A stretch of DNA of 64,000 nt from Burkholderiales bacterium PBB3 (lineage in GTDB: Bacteria > Pseudomonadota > Gammaproteobacteria > Burkholderiales > Burkholderiaceae_C), in contig NKIK01000003.1 of the NCBI GenBank assembly GCA_002256115.1, positions 194,280-258,279 on the forward strand, in the 5' to 3' direction. A program made the position numbers and the translations under genes. Below the pieces are notes generated by a model. It was not told where the DNA came from, did not search any database, and was given only the letters and a program-made list of their open reading frames with translations. Below are positions 8,333 to 16,381 of the stretch, one piece after another. How positions within the stretch are numbered: the stretch's first letter is position 1; every line of letters begins with the position of its first letter.

Positions 8333-10633
8333 ATGAAAAATCTCGACGCCTTTAAGGCCCACGGCGACGTCATCTGGAACATTGCCAACCTGCTGCGCGG
8401 CCCCTACCGCCCACCGCAGTACCGCCGAGTCATGATTCCCCTCACCGTGCTGCGCAGGCTGGACTGTGTGCTGGAAGCCAGTAAAGACGCCGTCATCAAG
8501 TACCACAAGCAGCTCAAAGAGCAAACAGACAAAGACGGTAAACCCAAGTACGACACCGAAACCATTGAAAAAATGGTCTTCCACAAGTTCAAATTGGCGT
8601 TCTTCAACACCAGCGAATTCACCTTTCAAACCCTGCTGGGGGACCCCGACAAGCTAGTCGCCAACCTGGCGAACTACATGGCCGGCTTTTCCACCCGTGC
8701 CCGCAAGATCATTGAAAAGTTTAAGTTTGAGGAAGAGATCGACAAACTTGAAGAAGCCAACCGCCTGTTTGATGTGGTCAAGCAAGTGGCTGCAGTGGAC
8801 CTGCACCCTGACACCATTCCCAACATTGCCATGGGCTACTTGTTTGAGGACTTGGTGCGCCGCTTTAACGAGCAGGCCAACGAAGAGGCGGGGGACCACT
8901 TCACGCCGCGTGAAGTCATCAAGCTCATGGTGAACCTGCTGTTCACCCATGACGATCTGGTGTACCGCAAGGCCAAACTCATCAAGATTTATGACCCGAC
9001 CTGTGGCACGGGCGGCATGTTGTCGGAGTCTGAAAAGGTCATCAAAGATCCGGAGACGGGTTTGAACCCCAGCGCCGATGTGCGCCTATTCGGCCAAGAG
9101 TACAACCCCGAGTCTTATGCCATCTGCGGCTCCGACTTGATGATCAAAGATGAGGATGTCAAAAACATCGTCTTTGGCGACACGCTAGGTACCGGCAAGC
9201 TCAAGGAAGGCTTTGCTGATGGCGATGGCCACCCAGATGAGCACTTTCACTTCATGCTGGCCAATCCGCCCTTTGGCGTGGAATGGAAGCCTGAAAAAGA
9301 CTTTGTCACCAAAGAGCACGACGCCTTTGGCTTTAAGGGCCGCTTTGGCCCCGGCTTGCCGCGCATCAACGACGGCGCGCTGCTCTTTTTGATGCACATG
9401 ATCTCCAAAATGCAGCCCGCACCCGAGAAAGGTGGCGAGGGCTCGCGTATTGCCGTTGTCTTCAACGGCTCGCCGCTATTCACCGGCGATGCGGGCAGTG
9501 GCGAGAGCAACATCCGCCGCTGGATCATTGAAAACGACATGCTCGAAGCCGTCATCGGCCTGCCCGACCAGCTCTTCTACAACACCGGCATCTACACCTA
9601 TGTGTGGATCGTCACCAACCGCAAGACCGAGCAGCGCAAAGGCCGGGTGCAGCTCATCAACGCCACCGACTTTGCCTGGAAGATGAAGAAAAGCCTGGGC
9701 GACAAACGAAAGCGCATGGGCGATGGCACCGATGGCACGCCCGACCATCTGGCCGCCATCACCCGCCTGTATGGCGACTACGTCCACAACGTGCGCAAGA
9801 CCGTGGCCGAGATTCAAACCAACATCGACCAACGCGGCGAATCTAAACGCGACCAAACCAAAAGCCAATGCGTCAGCAAGATTTTTGACAACCAAGACTT
9901 TGGCTTTCTCAAGATCACCGTAGAGCGCCCTCTGCGCTTGAACTTTGCCGTGACGCCAGAGCGCATTGCCCGCGTGCAAGCCACTGACGCATTTACCGAC
10001 CTGGTAGTCTCACGCAAACGCAAAGACAAAAAAGCCATTCAAGAGCAAATTTTGGTGGGCGAAGCTGCGCAGCAGGCCATTCTGAAAGTGCTGCACGGCA
10101 TGCAAGACGCATTTGCCAATGGCGGACTGGTCAAAGATCGCAGCGTATTTGAGTCACTTGTGAATGACGCTTTTGCAGCAGACGGCATAGAACTGGACAG
10201 CAAGCTCAAAACCGCCTTCTTGTCCGCAGGTGGCTTGGCAGACAAAGACCCCAGCGCCGAAATTTGTTACAACAAAAAAGGCCAGCGCGAGCCCGACGCT
10301 GACCTGCGCGACACAGAGAACGTGCCCCTGCCCCCCGGCATCGCGCTGCCCCTGCCGCTGGACTATGAGAGCAAAAAGAACAAAGGCAAGGTGGACACCG
10401 CGCCCCTGCTGAAACTGGTGCAAGCCCACTGCGAGGCATACCTGGCCAATGAAGTGCTGCCCTACCGGCCCGATGCGTGGATAGACCACAGCAAAATCAA
10501 AGTGGGTTACGAAATTCCTTTCAATCGCCACTTCTATGAATACGAGCCTCCCCGCCCGCTGGAGGATATTGAGGCCGACATCCTGGCGCTGGAAAAAGAC
10601 ATCATGGCGATGCTGAAGGCCGTGACGGCATGA
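8333..10633 (+). CDS. hsdM: Type I R-M system, N6-adenine DNA methyltransferase subunit (long form)
   Basis: 766 aa. 'IYDPTCGTGGML' motif I, 'MLANPPFGVEW' motif IV; operon context with hsdS and hsdR. Confidence 0.9.
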   Translation: MKNLDAFKAHGDVIWNIANLLRGPYRPPQYRRVMIPLTVLRRLDCVLEASKDAVIKYHKQLKEQTDKDGKPKYDTETIEKMVFHKFKLAFFNTSEFTFQTLLGDPDKLVANLANYMAGFSTRARKIIEKFKFEEEIDKLEEANRLFDVVKQVAAVDLHPDTIPNIAMGYLFEDLVRRFNEQANEEAGDHFTPREVIKLMVNLLFTHDDLVYRKAKLIKIYDPTCGTGGMLSESEKVIKDPETGLNPSADVRLFGQEYNPESYAICGSDLMIKDEDVKNIVFGDTLGTGKLKEGFADGDGHPDEHFHFMLANPPFGVEWKPEKDFVTKEHDAFGFKGRFGPGLPRINDGALLFLMHMISKMQPAPEKGGEGSRIAVVFNGSPLFTGDAGSGESNIRRWIIENDMLEAVIGLPDQLFYNTGIYTYVWIVTNRKTEQRKGRVQLINATDFAWKMKKSLGDKRKRMGDGTDGTPDHLAAITRLYGDYVHNVRKTVAEIQTNIDQRGESKRDQTKSQCVSKIFDNQDFGFLKITVERPLRLNFAVTPERIARVQATDAFTDLVVSRKRKDKKAIQEQILVGEAAQQAILKVLHGMQDAFANGGLVKDRSVFESLVNDAFAADGIELDSKLKTAFLSAGGLADKDPSAEICYNKKGQREPDADLRDTENVPLPPGIALPLPLDYESKKNKGKVDTAPLLKLVQAHCEAYLANEVLPYRPDAWIDHSKIKVGYEIPFNRHFYEYEPPRPLEDIEADILALEKDIMAMLKAVTA

Positions 10634-10748
10634 GCGTGAATTTCATCTGCGGTGGAACATGTAAGTGCGGCTTACAAGTTCAATTCGAATCGAATTTCAG
10701 CGAGTCAGTTGTCAAGGAATCCTTGTCAACCGCCTTCAGGGGCAAACG

Positions 10749-12113
10749 ATGAATCTCGCTCCATATCCCGGCCACAAGCGCACAGGCATCGAATGGCTTG
10801 GCGCATTCCCCTCACACTGGGTTGTGAAGCGCCTTCGTTTCGCGACCGAACGCATTGAGCAAGGTTGGTCGCCCCAGTGCGACAACCAGGCAGCCGACGA
10901 TGATGCCTGGGGCGTGATGAAGGTCGGTTGCGTCAATGGCGATCAGTTCGATGCCAGTGAAAACAAGGCATTGCCACCAGAGCTAGACCCGAAAACCGAG
11001 TACGAGCTGCGCCCTGGCGATGTATTGATCAGCCGCGCCAATACCCGAGAGCTGGTGGGTAGTGCAGCAATCGTGCCCTGTGACGTGCGTTCCAAACTCT
11101 TGCTGTGCGACAAGCTGTTTCGCATCGACCTGAGCCCTGAAGTTGATGCCGCGTATTTGACGTTTTGCCTGCGAACTCAGGCAGCGAGACACCAGTACGA
11201 GCAAGAAGCAACCGGTGCGAGTGGCTCCATGCAAAACATTGGGCAGGACACCATCAAGAATTTGATATTGCCATTTCCTCCGTATTCGGAGCAACAGCAA
11301 ATCGCCGCCTTCCTCGACTGGAAGACCAGCCAGATCGACGCGCTGATTGCCAAAAAGCGAACACTGCTGGAGAAGCTCAAAGAAAAGCGCCTAGCCGTCA
11401 TCACCCAAGCCGTGACCAAGGGCCTGAACCCGGATGTGCCTATGCGCGATTCAGGTTCAGGCTGGATTGGTCAAGTGCCCTCAAATTGGGATGTTTTGAA
11501 AATCAAATTTGTGACTGAATTGGCAAGCGGGCACACGCCTTCTCGCTCCGTTGAAGAGTATTGGATTGATTGCACCATTCCTTGGGTTTCTTTGAATGAC
11601 TCAAAGATGCTCCGTGAGAAGGACGCCATTTCTGAAACGCACTACCAAATCAGCGAACTAGGCCTGGCAAACTCATCTGCAAGACTGTTGCCGGCTGGGG
11701 TTGTAGTCTTCTCGCGGGACGCTACGGTTGGACTTTGCGCAATTACTGAAGTCCCAATGGCCGTCTCGCAGCACTTCATTGCCTACATTTGCGGGGAAAA
11801 AATCAGTGGAAAGTATTTGCTATTTGTTCTCAAAGCAATGAATCAACACTTGCAGAGCCTTCAGACTGGTTCAACAATTGTCACCATTGGTATGCCGGAG
11901 GTTCGTAGTTTGATATGTCCGCTGCCGACAAGCGCAGAACAGGCTGACATAGTCGATCACATAGATTCAGTGACAGCAAGAATTGATCAAATGTTGGCAA
12001 ACGCCGAGACAGCCATCGCCCGCCTCACCGAATACCGCTCCGCCCTCATCACAGCAGCCACTACCGGCAAGATCGACGTGCGTGGCTGGCAACCTTTGGA
12101 GTCATCCCCATGA
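10749..12113 (+). CDS. hsdS: Type I R-M specificity subunit
   Basis: Start at ATG 10749 ('MNLAPYPGHK'). Two target-recognition domains separated by conserved coiled spacers ('EQQQIAAFLDWKTSQIDALI', 'EQADIVDHIDSVTARIDQML'). Confidence 0.85.
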   Translation: MNLAPYPGHKRTGIEWLGAFPSHWVVKRLRFATERIEQGWSPQCDNQAADDDAWGVMKVGCVNGDQFDASENKALPPELDPKTEYELRPGDVLISRANTRELVGSAAIVPCDVRSKLLLCDKLFRIDLSPEVDAAYLTFCLRTQAARHQYEQEATGASGSMQNIGQDTIKNLILPFPPYSEQQQIAAFLDWKTSQIDALIAKKRTLLEKLKEKRLAVITQAVTKGLNPDVPMRDSGSGWIGQVPSNWDVLKIKFVTELASGHTPSRSVEEYWIDCTIPWVSLNDSKMLREKDAISETHYQISELGLANSSARLLPAGVVVFSRDATVGLCAITEVPMAVSQHFIAYICGEKISGKYLLFVLKAMNQHLQSLQTGSTIVTIGMPEVRSLICPLPTSAEQADIVDHIDSVTARIDQMLANAETAIARLTEYRSALITAATTGKIDVRGWQPLESSP

Positions 12114-13243
12114 AATTTGAGACCTTCAAAGCGGGCACCTGGACGCCGCGCTACCAGTACAAGAGTTTTGAGCCGGTGCTGGTAGACCACGCCTGGATAT
12201 GGGAAGACTCCACCATCAACGCGCTGCTCGAATCTGCCAATCGGGCGTTGGGCGAGCTGAATGCGTTCTCACTGATCGTGCCGGACATTGACCTGTTCAT
12301 TGAAATGCACGTGGTGAAAGAAGCGCAAACCTCCAGCCGGATTGAAGGCACGCAAACCGGCATGGACGAAGCGCTGATGACCGAAGACCAGATTCAGCCC
12401 GAAAAGCGGGACGACTGGCGCGAGGTGCGCAACTATGTGGATGCCGTGAACGGTGCCATTGCCGAGCTGCAGACGCTGCCGCTGTCTAACCGCTTGTTGC
12501 GCAAAACCCATGAAATTTTGATGCGGGGCGTGCGCGGTGAGAACAAACAGCCTGGGGAGTTTCGCATCAGCCAAAACTGGATTGGCGGCTCCAGCTTGAT
12601 GGACGCGGTGTTTATTCCGCCGCACCCGGAAGGCGTGCCAGACCTGATGAGCGACTTGGAGAAGTTTTGGCACGATGAGAGCATTACCGTGCCGCACCTG
12701 ATTCGCCTGGCCATCAGCCACTACCAGTTTGAGACTATTCACCCGTTTCTGGATGGCAATGGACGCATTGGGCGACTGCTGGTGCCGCTGTATTTGGTGA
12801 GCAATGGGCTGCTGGCGAAGCCATCGCTGTACCTGTCAGACTTTTTTGAGCGTAACCGCGCCAGCTATTACGACGCACTGATGCGGGTGCGTGTGTCCAA
12901 TGACATGATTCATTGGGTGCGGTTTTTCTTGCAGGGCGTGGCGGAGACGGCCACAAAGGGTCGCAATGTATTCAAGGAAATTTTGACACTGAGGACGGAT
13001 GCTGAGCACAAATTGCTTTCATTGGGCAAGCGCGCGCCTAACGCAAAACAAGCACTCAACTTGCTATACCGGCGTCCTATGTTGAGCGCCATGGACTTGG
13101 AACGCAGCTTGGGCGTAAGCCATCCGACTGCGAATGCCTTATTGCGCGACTTCATTAGGCTGGGGTTTTTGAGAGAGATCACCGGCGCTTCTCGGCACCG
13201 CCTGTATGTGTTCGAAACTTACCTTGATCTCTTCACAAGGTAA
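12110..13243 (+). CDS. Fic-family (AMPylase-type) protein embedded in the type I R-M operon
   Basis: Fic motif 'HPFLDGNGRIGRLL'. Upstream inhibitory-helix-like 'SSRIEG' fits (S/T)xxxE(G/N). ATGA overlap with the hsdS stop (12110-12113). Confidence 0.9.
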   Translation: MKFETFKAGTWTPRYQYKSFEPVLVDHAWIWEDSTINALLESANRALGELNAFSLIVPDIDLFIEMHVVKEAQTSSRIEGTQTGMDEALMTEDQIQPEKRDDWREVRNYVDAVNGAIAELQTLPLSNRLLRKTHEILMRGVRGENKQPGEFRISQNWIGGSSLMDAVFIPPHPEGVPDLMSDLEKFWHDESITVPHLIRLAISHYQFETIHPFLDGNGRIGRLLVPLYLVSNGLLAKPSLYLSDFFERNRASYYDALMRVRVSNDMIHWVRFFLQGVAETATKGRNVFKEILTLRTDAEHKLLSLGKRAPNAKQALNLLYRRPMLSAMDLERSLGVSHPTANALLRDFIRLGFLREITGASRHRLYVFETYLDLFTR

Positions 13244-13303
13244 GGGAAATCAATTTCCCTTACATTAAGTCCAGCATAAGGTAAAGATTAGGCCTGCCTA
13301 ACC

Positions 13304-16300
13304 ATGAAAAAGCACACCGAAGCCCGGCTGGAAGATGCCATTGTGGACAGCCTGACCCGTGAGGGCGGCTTTGCGTTGGTGGACTATCGGCATGGCCCTG
13401 CCGCAGGCCGCTATGACAAGGCGCTGGCGCTGGACCCGGCGCTGGTGCTGGGCTTTATCCAAACCACCCAGCCCAAGGTATGGCACAGCCTGCATGCCAT
13501 CCACAAGGACGAAACGCCCAAGGTGGTGCTCGACCACCTGGTCAAAGAGCTGGACACCAAGGGCATGCTCAAGGTGCTGCGCCAGGGCTTCAAGTGCTAT
13601 GGCAAGAAACTGCGCGTGGCGGTGTTTGCCCCCAACAACGCCATGAACCCCGACACGCTGGCGCTGTACGGGCACAACCAACTGACGGTAACGCGCCAGC
13701 TGTATTACAGCGACGCCCACAGCAAGTCGCTGGACCTTGTGCTGTTTTTAAACGGCCTGCCCATTGCCACGGCAGAGCTGAAGAACCCGCTCTCCGGCCA
13801 AACGGTAGAAGACGCCAAGCGGCAATACAAGCGCGACCGCGATGCCCGCGAGCTGCTGTTTGAATTTAAAAAGCGTGCGCTGGTGCACTTTGCGGTAGAC
13901 CAAGACCAGGTGTTCATGGCCACGCGCCTGAGTGGCGACAAGACTTTCTTCTTGCCCTTTAACCTGGGCGATAACGGTCACCCAGGCAACCCGCCTGCGG
14001 CAGACGGCGGCTACCGCACGGCCTACCTGTGGCGCGAGGTGTGGCAGCGCGATAGCTTGCTGGACATCGTGGGCCGCTTTATGCACCTGCAGGAGGAGGA
14101 CAAGCGCATCCTCACCAACGAGGGCATCAAGAAGATTCACAAAGAGACCATGATCTTCCCGCGCTACCACCAGCTGGACGCGGTGCGCAAGCTGGTGGTC
14201 CATGCCCAAGCGCATGGGCCAGGGCGCAACTACCTGGTGCAGCACTCGGCGGGCTCGGGCAAGTCCAACTCCATCGCCTGGCTGGCGCACCGCCTGAGCA
14301 GCCTGCACGATGCGGCTGACAACAAGGTGTTTGACTCGGTGATTGTGGTGACCGACCGGCAGGTGCTAGACACGCAGTTGCAAGACACCATTTACCAGTT
14401 TGAGCACAAGCAAGGTGTGGTGCAAAAGATTGACGAAGACACGCGTCAGCTGGCCCAGGCGCTGGCGGGCGGCACGCCCATCATCATTACCACGCTGCAG
14501 AAGTTTCCGTTCATTACCGAGACGCTGGACAAGCTGCGCAAAGAGAACCACCCCGGCATTGCCATTGACACCCGGGACAAGCAGTTTGCCGTGATCGTGG
14601 ACGAGGCGCACAGCTCGCAGTCGGGCGAAAACGCCATGGAACTCAAAGGCGTACTGAACGCGCACCGCATCGAAGAAGAAGCCGCCCAATACGTGGCGGA
14701 GCAAGGGCTGGACTCGCAGGACGATGAAGACGAAGCCGACCCTCTGGCCGGCGTGGTGCGCGAGATGCGCAAGCGCGGCAAGCAAAGCAACCTGAGCTTT
14801 TTTGCATTTACCGCCACGCCCAAGTTCAAAACCAAAAAGGTGTTTGACGAGCCCGGCCCCAACGGGCAGTCCCCCTTTCACCTGTACACCATGCGGCAGG
14901 CGATTGAGGAGAAGTTCATCCTCGATGTGCTCAAGCACTACATCACCTACGAGGCGTACTTTCGCCTGGTGCAGGTGGGCGACGATGACCCGCATGTTGA
15001 GCGCAAGAAGGCAGCCCGTGCGCTGGCCCGCACGCTCACCTTCCATGAGGTGAACCTGCGCAGCAAGACCGAGGTGATGGTGGAGCACTTTCGCACCCAT
15101 GTGCGCCACAAAATCGGCGGCCGTGCCAAAGCCATGGTGGTCACCGACGGGCGCTTGCACGCGGTGCGCTACAAGCAAACGTTTGATGCCTACATTGCCG
15201 AGAAGGGCTACACCGATGTGAAAACGCTGGTGGCATTTTCAGGCATGGTGGAAGACCCGCGCTTTCCCGGCAAGAACCTGACCGAGGTGGGCATGAACGG
15301 TGGCATCAAAGAAAAAGAGCTGCCCGAAAAGTTTGAAAGCGCCGAATACCAAGTGCTGCTGGTGGCCGAGAAGTACCAAACCGGCTTTGACCAGCCCTTG
15401 CTGCACACCATGTATGTGGACAAGAAGCTCACCGGGCTGCAGGCGGTGCAAACCTTGTCGCGCCTGAACCGCAGCTGTGTAGGCAAGGAGGACACCTTCA
15501 TTCTGGACTTCAGGAATACCCCCGAAGAGATTTTTACGGCCTTCAAGCCCTATTACGAAGACACGCCCACCGATCTGCTGACGGACGCGCAGCACCTATA
15601 TCGACTGCACCACCAGATTGAAGAAACGGGGCTGATCTTTGAAGAAGAGGTGAACGCGTTTGGTGCGGTGTACTTCAAGTCGGTACGCAAACAGTCTGTA
15701 AGTGACCACGCAGCCATGAACGGCGTGCTGGACCAAGCCGTTGACCGGTTTAAGGAGCTGGATGAAGATGAGCGCGAGGAAACCAAAGCGCTGCTGGTGA
15801 ACTTTCGCAACCTGTATGCCTTTATGTCGCAGGTGATTCCCTACCAAGACTCGGATCTGGAAAAGCTCTACACCTACCTGCGCTTTTTGCTGACCAAACT
15901 GCCGCGCCGCGAGGGCGGGGGCACGGTGCAGCTGGATGAAGAGGTGGAGCTGCAGTACTACCGGCTGCAGAAGATTGGTGAAGGTCGAATCGACCTGTCT
16001 GCAGGGCAAGCACAACCACTCAAAGGCCCCAACGATGTGGGCACCGGGCAGGAGGATGCACCGATTCGACTCTCCGAACTGATCGACCTATTGAACCAGC
16101 GTTTTGGAACGGACTTTACCCAAGCTGACCAGCTGTTTTTTGATCAAATTCAAGAAGAAGCGATTGAGAGCGACGTACTGCAACAAGCGGCGGAAACCAA
16201 CTCAAAAGAGGATTTCCGCTACGTGTTTGAAAAGGCGTTTGAGGGCTTGGTCATGGAGCGCATGGAGGGGAACGAGGAAATCTTTGGCAAGCTGATGGCG

Positions 16301-16381
16301 GATGGCGAATTCCGAAAACTGGCGCTGGAGCACCTGTTGCACAAGGTGTACCAGAGTTTGAAGAATGGGAAAAAGCGTTGA
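13304..16381 (+). CDS. hsdR: Type I restriction enzyme, R (helicase/nuclease) subunit
   Basis: 1025 aa. 'HSAGSGKSNS' Walker A, 'VIVDEAHSSQSG' DEAH box, 'FAFTATPKFKT'. Confidence 0.9.
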   Translation: MKKHTEARLEDAIVDSLTREGGFALVDYRHGPAAGRYDKALALDPALVLGFIQTTQPKVWHSLHAIHKDETPKVVLDHLVKELDTKGMLKVLRQGFKCYGKKLRVAVFAPNNAMNPDTLALYGHNQLTVTRQLYYSDAHSKSLDLVLFLNGLPIATAELKNPLSGQTVEDAKRQYKRDRDARELLFEFKKRALVHFAVDQDQVFMATRLSGDKTFFLPFNLGDNGHPGNPPAADGGYRTAYLWREVWQRDSLLDIVGRFMHLQEEDKRILTNEGIKKIHKETMIFPRYHQLDAVRKLVVHAQAHGPGRNYLVQHSAGSGKSNSIAWLAHRLSSLHDAADNKVFDSVIVVTDRQVLDTQLQDTIYQFEHKQGVVQKIDEDTRQLAQALAGGTPIIITTLQKFPFITETLDKLRKENHPGIAIDTRDKQFAVIVDEAHSSQSGENAMELKGVLNAHRIEEEAAQYVAEQGLDSQDDEDEADPLAGVVREMRKRGKQSNLSFFAFTATPKFKTKKVFDEPGPNGQSPFHLYTMRQAIEEKFILDVLKHYITYEAYFRLVQVGDDDPHVERKKAARALARTLTFHEVNLRSKTEVMVEHFRTHVRHKIGGRAKAMVVTDGRLHAVRYKQTFDAYIAEKGYTDVKTLVAFSGMVEDPRFPGKNLTEVGMNGGIKEKELPEKFESAEYQVLLVAEKYQTGFDQPLLHTMYVDKKLTGLQAVQTLSRLNRSCVGKEDTFILDFRNTPEEIFTAFKPYYEDTPTDLLTDAQHLYRLHHQIEETGLIFEEEVNAFGAVYFKSVRKQSVSDHAAMNGVLDQAVDRFKELDEDEREETKALLVNFRNLYAFMSQVIPYQDSDLEKLYTYLRFLLTKLPRREGGGTVQLDEEVELQYYRLQKIGEGRIDLSAGQAQPLKGPNDVGTGQEDAPIRLSELIDLLNQRFGTDFTQADQLFFDQIQEEAIESDVLQQAAETNSKEDFRYVFEKAFEGLVMERMEGNEEIFGKLMADGEFRKLALEHLLHKVYQSLKNGKKR

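Noticed and set aside
13242-13261. Perfect 9-bp palindrome AAGGGAAAT-CA-ATTTCCCTT after fic as a terminator splitting the R-M operon
   Set aside because: The loop is too small for the full stem and no T-run follows. It could be a protein-binding site, but there is no further support. hsdR most likely remains co-transcribed or has its own weak promoter.
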